The position numbers and the translations under genes were made by a program. The notes below the pieces were generated by a model. That model had not been told where the DNA came from and did no database searches. It saw only the letters and a list, made by a program, of their open reading frames with translations. Below, in pieces: positions 60,661-64,000 of a stretch of DNA of 64,000 bases (positions are counted from its first letter, which is position 1; every line of letters starts with the position of its first letter). Source of the DNA: Mobula birostris (Eukaryota); the NCBI RefSeq assembly GCF_030028105.1, contig NC_092378.1, positions 21,012,715-21,076,714 of the forward strand, written 5' to 3'.

Positions 60661-61494
60661 CTGTATTGAAAAATGTTCTGCACATTTAGAGATTAGATAA
60701 AAGGCTACTGAGAAGCATGGGTAGATCTCCACAAAAGCAACAAACCTCTACATTTCAGTTTTTTTTCTCTCTCATACTGTATATATAGCTAAAAAAATGG
60801 ATTAGAAAAGGAGATGCAAAAAATAGGAAAATTTAGTCAGTCAAAAGTAGGTAAAAATTGGGATGGCTGGGGATAACTGTGTTGCAAAGAATGTGGAAAT
60901 TGTGTTAAAAGACTGGGATATTTCAAAGGGAGTACTTGAATCAAAGTTTTATTGAAACAGGCTAATTTTTCATTCACAATTCCAATATCCTCCAGTAGGT
61001 TCGATATGTGATTTGTTTGCAACTTAAAATCTTACTCATTTTAGGGATTGGTAGAATTAGTCTGAATTGTTTTAAAATAATGCAAAATATTTCCACATAC
61101 AGAAATCAGATGGAAAAGGAACTAATTCTCTTGTTTATGCCAAGAAACAATTATGATGAGAATTTGGGCAAGGGATGTTATCGCAAGCTTTGTTTTTCAG
61201 GGGCAAACTCCCCATGAAAGATCAAATAATTATTTATTTTAAGAATTATTCCTACTCTCAGTTGAGAGAATGGTGTCTGCAATGAGAATTTTATTTTAGT
61301 ATATAAATCTTTTGAATGATGCAGATAATTCCCTCATGAGAATATGCACAGCACTCAATATAGTGGTCATGTGGGGTAGGAAGCATTCTGAGGTTTAAAG
61401 AAATTTGCTATAAGACCTTTGAGGTCTGGAAAATAAGGTTATTTTTAAAATGCTTATGTCTTGAATCTTAATCATTTAGCTTTCTCCAGCTATA

Positions 61495-62260
61495 AATACA
61501 AGAGATTCTGCAAGAATTGCAAATCTTGAACAACACACAAAATGCTGGAAGAACTCGTAAATTTCTACAGATGTACCATGGAAAGCATTCTAACTGGCTG
61601 CATCACTGTCTGGTATGGAGGGAGGGCTACTGCACAGGATGGAAATAAGCTTCAGAGAGTTGTAAACTTAGCTCCATCATGGGCACTACCCTCCGTAGTA
61701 TCTAGGACACCTCACGGAGTGATGCTGCAAAAAGGCAGTGCCCATCATTAAGGACCCCCATCACCCAGGTCATGCCCCGTTTTCTTTGTGACCATCAGGG
61801 AGGAGGTACACAAGCCTGAAGGCACACTGTCAATGATTCAGGAACAGCTTCTTCCCCTCTGCCATGCAATTTCTGAATGGACATTGAATCCATGGACACT
61901 ACCAGACTACTTTTTTATTTCTACTTTTGCACTACTTAATTTATTTAATTATTATATATATATTTACTATAATTCATATTTTTCTATTATTATGTATTGC
62001 ATTGCACTGCGGCTGCAAAGACAACAAATTTCACAACATATACCAGTGATATTAAATCTGTTTCTTATTCTATGAACTCAGCAAGTCTGGCAGTATCTAT
62101 GGAGGGAAAGGAAGAGTCAATGTAATATTTCAGGCCAAGACCCTTCATCAACACTTCATTCTAATGAAGAGTCTCAACCTAAAATGTCAACTGTTCATTT
62201 CCTTTCATAGATGTTCTCTAACTTACTGAGTTCCTACAGCATCTGATGTATGATGCTCAC
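61495..62260. mobile_element. Inverted pair of Penelope terminal repeats split by a Rex1/Babar 3' fragment (+, about 61556-62073)
   Basis: caaaatgctggaagaactc ... gaactcagcaag resumes after the insert. The insert reads NFYRCTMESILTGCITVWYG. Confidence 0.8.
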
Positions 62261-62299
62261 CAATCTCCATTCTCCATTTTACTGATAATTAAAATTCAA

Positions 62300-63175
62300 A
62301 GGTGGCATTTCTTCCAGCAACTCCACCTTTGATGTTGCCAGGCCCAGCTGTGAAAGGAGGAGGGTTGGGCTTTGGGCTGGCAAACCCCCCAGTGTGACAG
62401 AAAGACCAACAGAAGTTCCAAAGACCCTAACCCTGGGAGAGAAAGGATCTTCACCTAGAAGACGTATGAAGTCATGGAGTGCAAGCAAAAGCCACAGGGC
62501 TGATCAACCTTTGGTTCAGGACAGAGCCTCTGTTTGTGGCCTATGCCCCAGTAGAGTGATGTGCTTAAGAAGAAGAACTTCTTCCAGCAGACTGCATTTG
62601 AGATGTTGAGACAGGATAGAAAGAAAAGAAAGTTGATCAGCAACTCTGCTTTCACAGGAGGCAGGTTTCTCATAGGTATCTTTATTAGGGCAACTGCATG
62701 TGCTGATCTTGGCACACCTTCCTTGAGACATCACAAGGAAAGCCCTGCCATTGTATGTGCTTGTCAAAACAGTTAGAGAGAATTCTCCTGAAATTAGATC
62801 TGCAAAAAGGTTGTGAAGAATTAACAGTTAGATATTTCAAAAGGAGTCAGTTCTTGAGAAAGTTAAAGATGAGGTCAATACAGAGGTTGAGATGGAGTCT
62901 GGTGGACAGAATAAGTTCCATGAAGACTCCAGGCAGTTTGTATTGACAGATAACAGAGACGGTGAACAGAAAAAGAAAATGATACAAGTGCCAACAGAGA
63001 GCCTTATTACACACTGTCAGGTGGACTAGTGGAAACAGATTCAATCATTTGCTCAAGAGAGAACTGGAAAAAGACTTGACAGGATCATGGACAGGTGGCA
63101 GGGTAGTGAAACTAGCTGGGTTCCTTTTACAAACAGTGAGCATGGATTAAGGGCCGAATGGCCTCCTTCTATAAC
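62300..63175 (+). mobile_element. Degenerate LINE fragments ending in a CR1-like 3' end
   Basis: ggaaacagattcaatc...aagagagaactgga and gggccgaatggcctccttct tail motifs. The upstream part is not confidently assigned. Confidence 0.45.
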
Positions 63176-63305
63176 TCTGTGGTTATCTTTCTCAACTTGG
63201 ACTTGATTATGTATACAATGAGATGGTGTCAGAGCCCTCTGGGCCTCTGCAGCTTGCTGTAGAGTGTTGAACTTCAGGGTTTCTGGAACACCTGTATTTA
63301 CTCAC

Positions 63306-63733
63306 TGTTAGAGCCATTAAACTCTGGTGCTTTCTGTTTGATCTTGTCTGACTGATTGTGATTGACATGTGTTTCCTGCGTTCTATGATTACTTAATAGG
63401 GATTCTCCTTGTGCTCTGTAAGCAGAGTCGTTCTGTCGGAGAATGATATACCTCGTGGTGTCACTTGATTGTGCTTCCAATGCTCTGTTGGTATACCTAA
63501 ATCTACCCTCTTGATTCCAGCTCCTTCTGCAGAGTCTACCATCTCCATTCCTGGTCGAGTCATTGTCGGTGCTAACTGTGACTGAGGCTGCCATCTGTCG
63601 CACCTAGGTTGGGTCAGTGCCAGTTACCGTTGTGATGGAGAGAGTCTGCCGTTTCTCTGGACTTGGGTCCAGTTCTGTGAGTGCACACCATGACAGATGG
63701 TGCTTTCCTGTCTATTGGAAAGATTGGGAATAT
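63306..63733 (-). pseudogene. Candidate pseudo-exon (hydrophilic region)
   Basis: Acceptor ...ttttgactgttcaacag| and donor aaca|gtgagt. Contains most of ORF 63298..63603 (VRQMAASVTVSTDND...EFNGSN). Frame ambiguous. Confidence 0.6.
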
Positions 63734-64000
63734 CTGTTGAACAGTCAAAACAGCATCAATTTGCATTAAGATAAAATGCTCTGGAGTTTCTGGTCAGTAA
63801 CGTAGGAAATTTAATTACTGCTGACTTCAAAAAAACCTTCTCACAAGAATAAATCAGACTCTGTGATGTAGATTTCTAATTTTCCCACTGATTGGAATCA
63901 GGCTGCAGATGTAAGCGATGCCGGCAATCAACAAAGCAATTTTATTAAGTAGGCTGAGCAGCTAATCACATTGTAAAACTTTTTAAAAAATATTTGAATG

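Larger units (their letters stand above)
1976..63733 (-). pseudogene. Large decayed multi-exon gene (about 35 candidate exons), protein unidentified; 5' end lies beyond the window
   Basis: Non-repeat islands, mostly flanked by a polypyrimidine-AG acceptor and a GT donor, all on the minus strand. Several have long near-open frames (23199-23542, 31721-31960, 58811-59140, 63306-63603, 2644-2787). In-frame stops, frameshifts and TE insertions inside exons indicate loss of function. Confidence 0.7.

Noticed and set aside
1976-63733. Naming the pseudogene (GREB1/GREB1L and CREBBP/EP300 were considered)
   Set aside because: No convincing motif match to the sequences as I recall them, so no symbol is assigned without a search.

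Overview
Eukaryotic genomic DNA, most likely from a cartilaginous fish (ray or shark type, inferred from the repeat families). Roughly half the window is retrotransposon debris: CR1 LINEs of several ages, Rex1/Babar-type LINE 3' ends, Penelope-like elements whose termini carry hammerhead-ribozyme-like motifs, RTE fragments, V-SINE/HE1-like and tRNA-derived SINEs, a Gypsy integrase remnant, and non-autonomous elements that start with AAGATGG. I found no intact host gene. Between the repeats are about 35 unique islands on the minus strand, most bounded by an AG acceptor and a GT donor. Several keep long, nearly open frames with a few TGA/TAG/TAA stops. I read these as a large, decayed multi-exon pseudogene of a Cys/His-containing protein that I cannot name. 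It spans about 1,976-63,733 and continues beyond the right edge. Exon boundaries and translations were read by eye, and the reading frame is ambiguous for several exons. Repeat boundaries are approximate.
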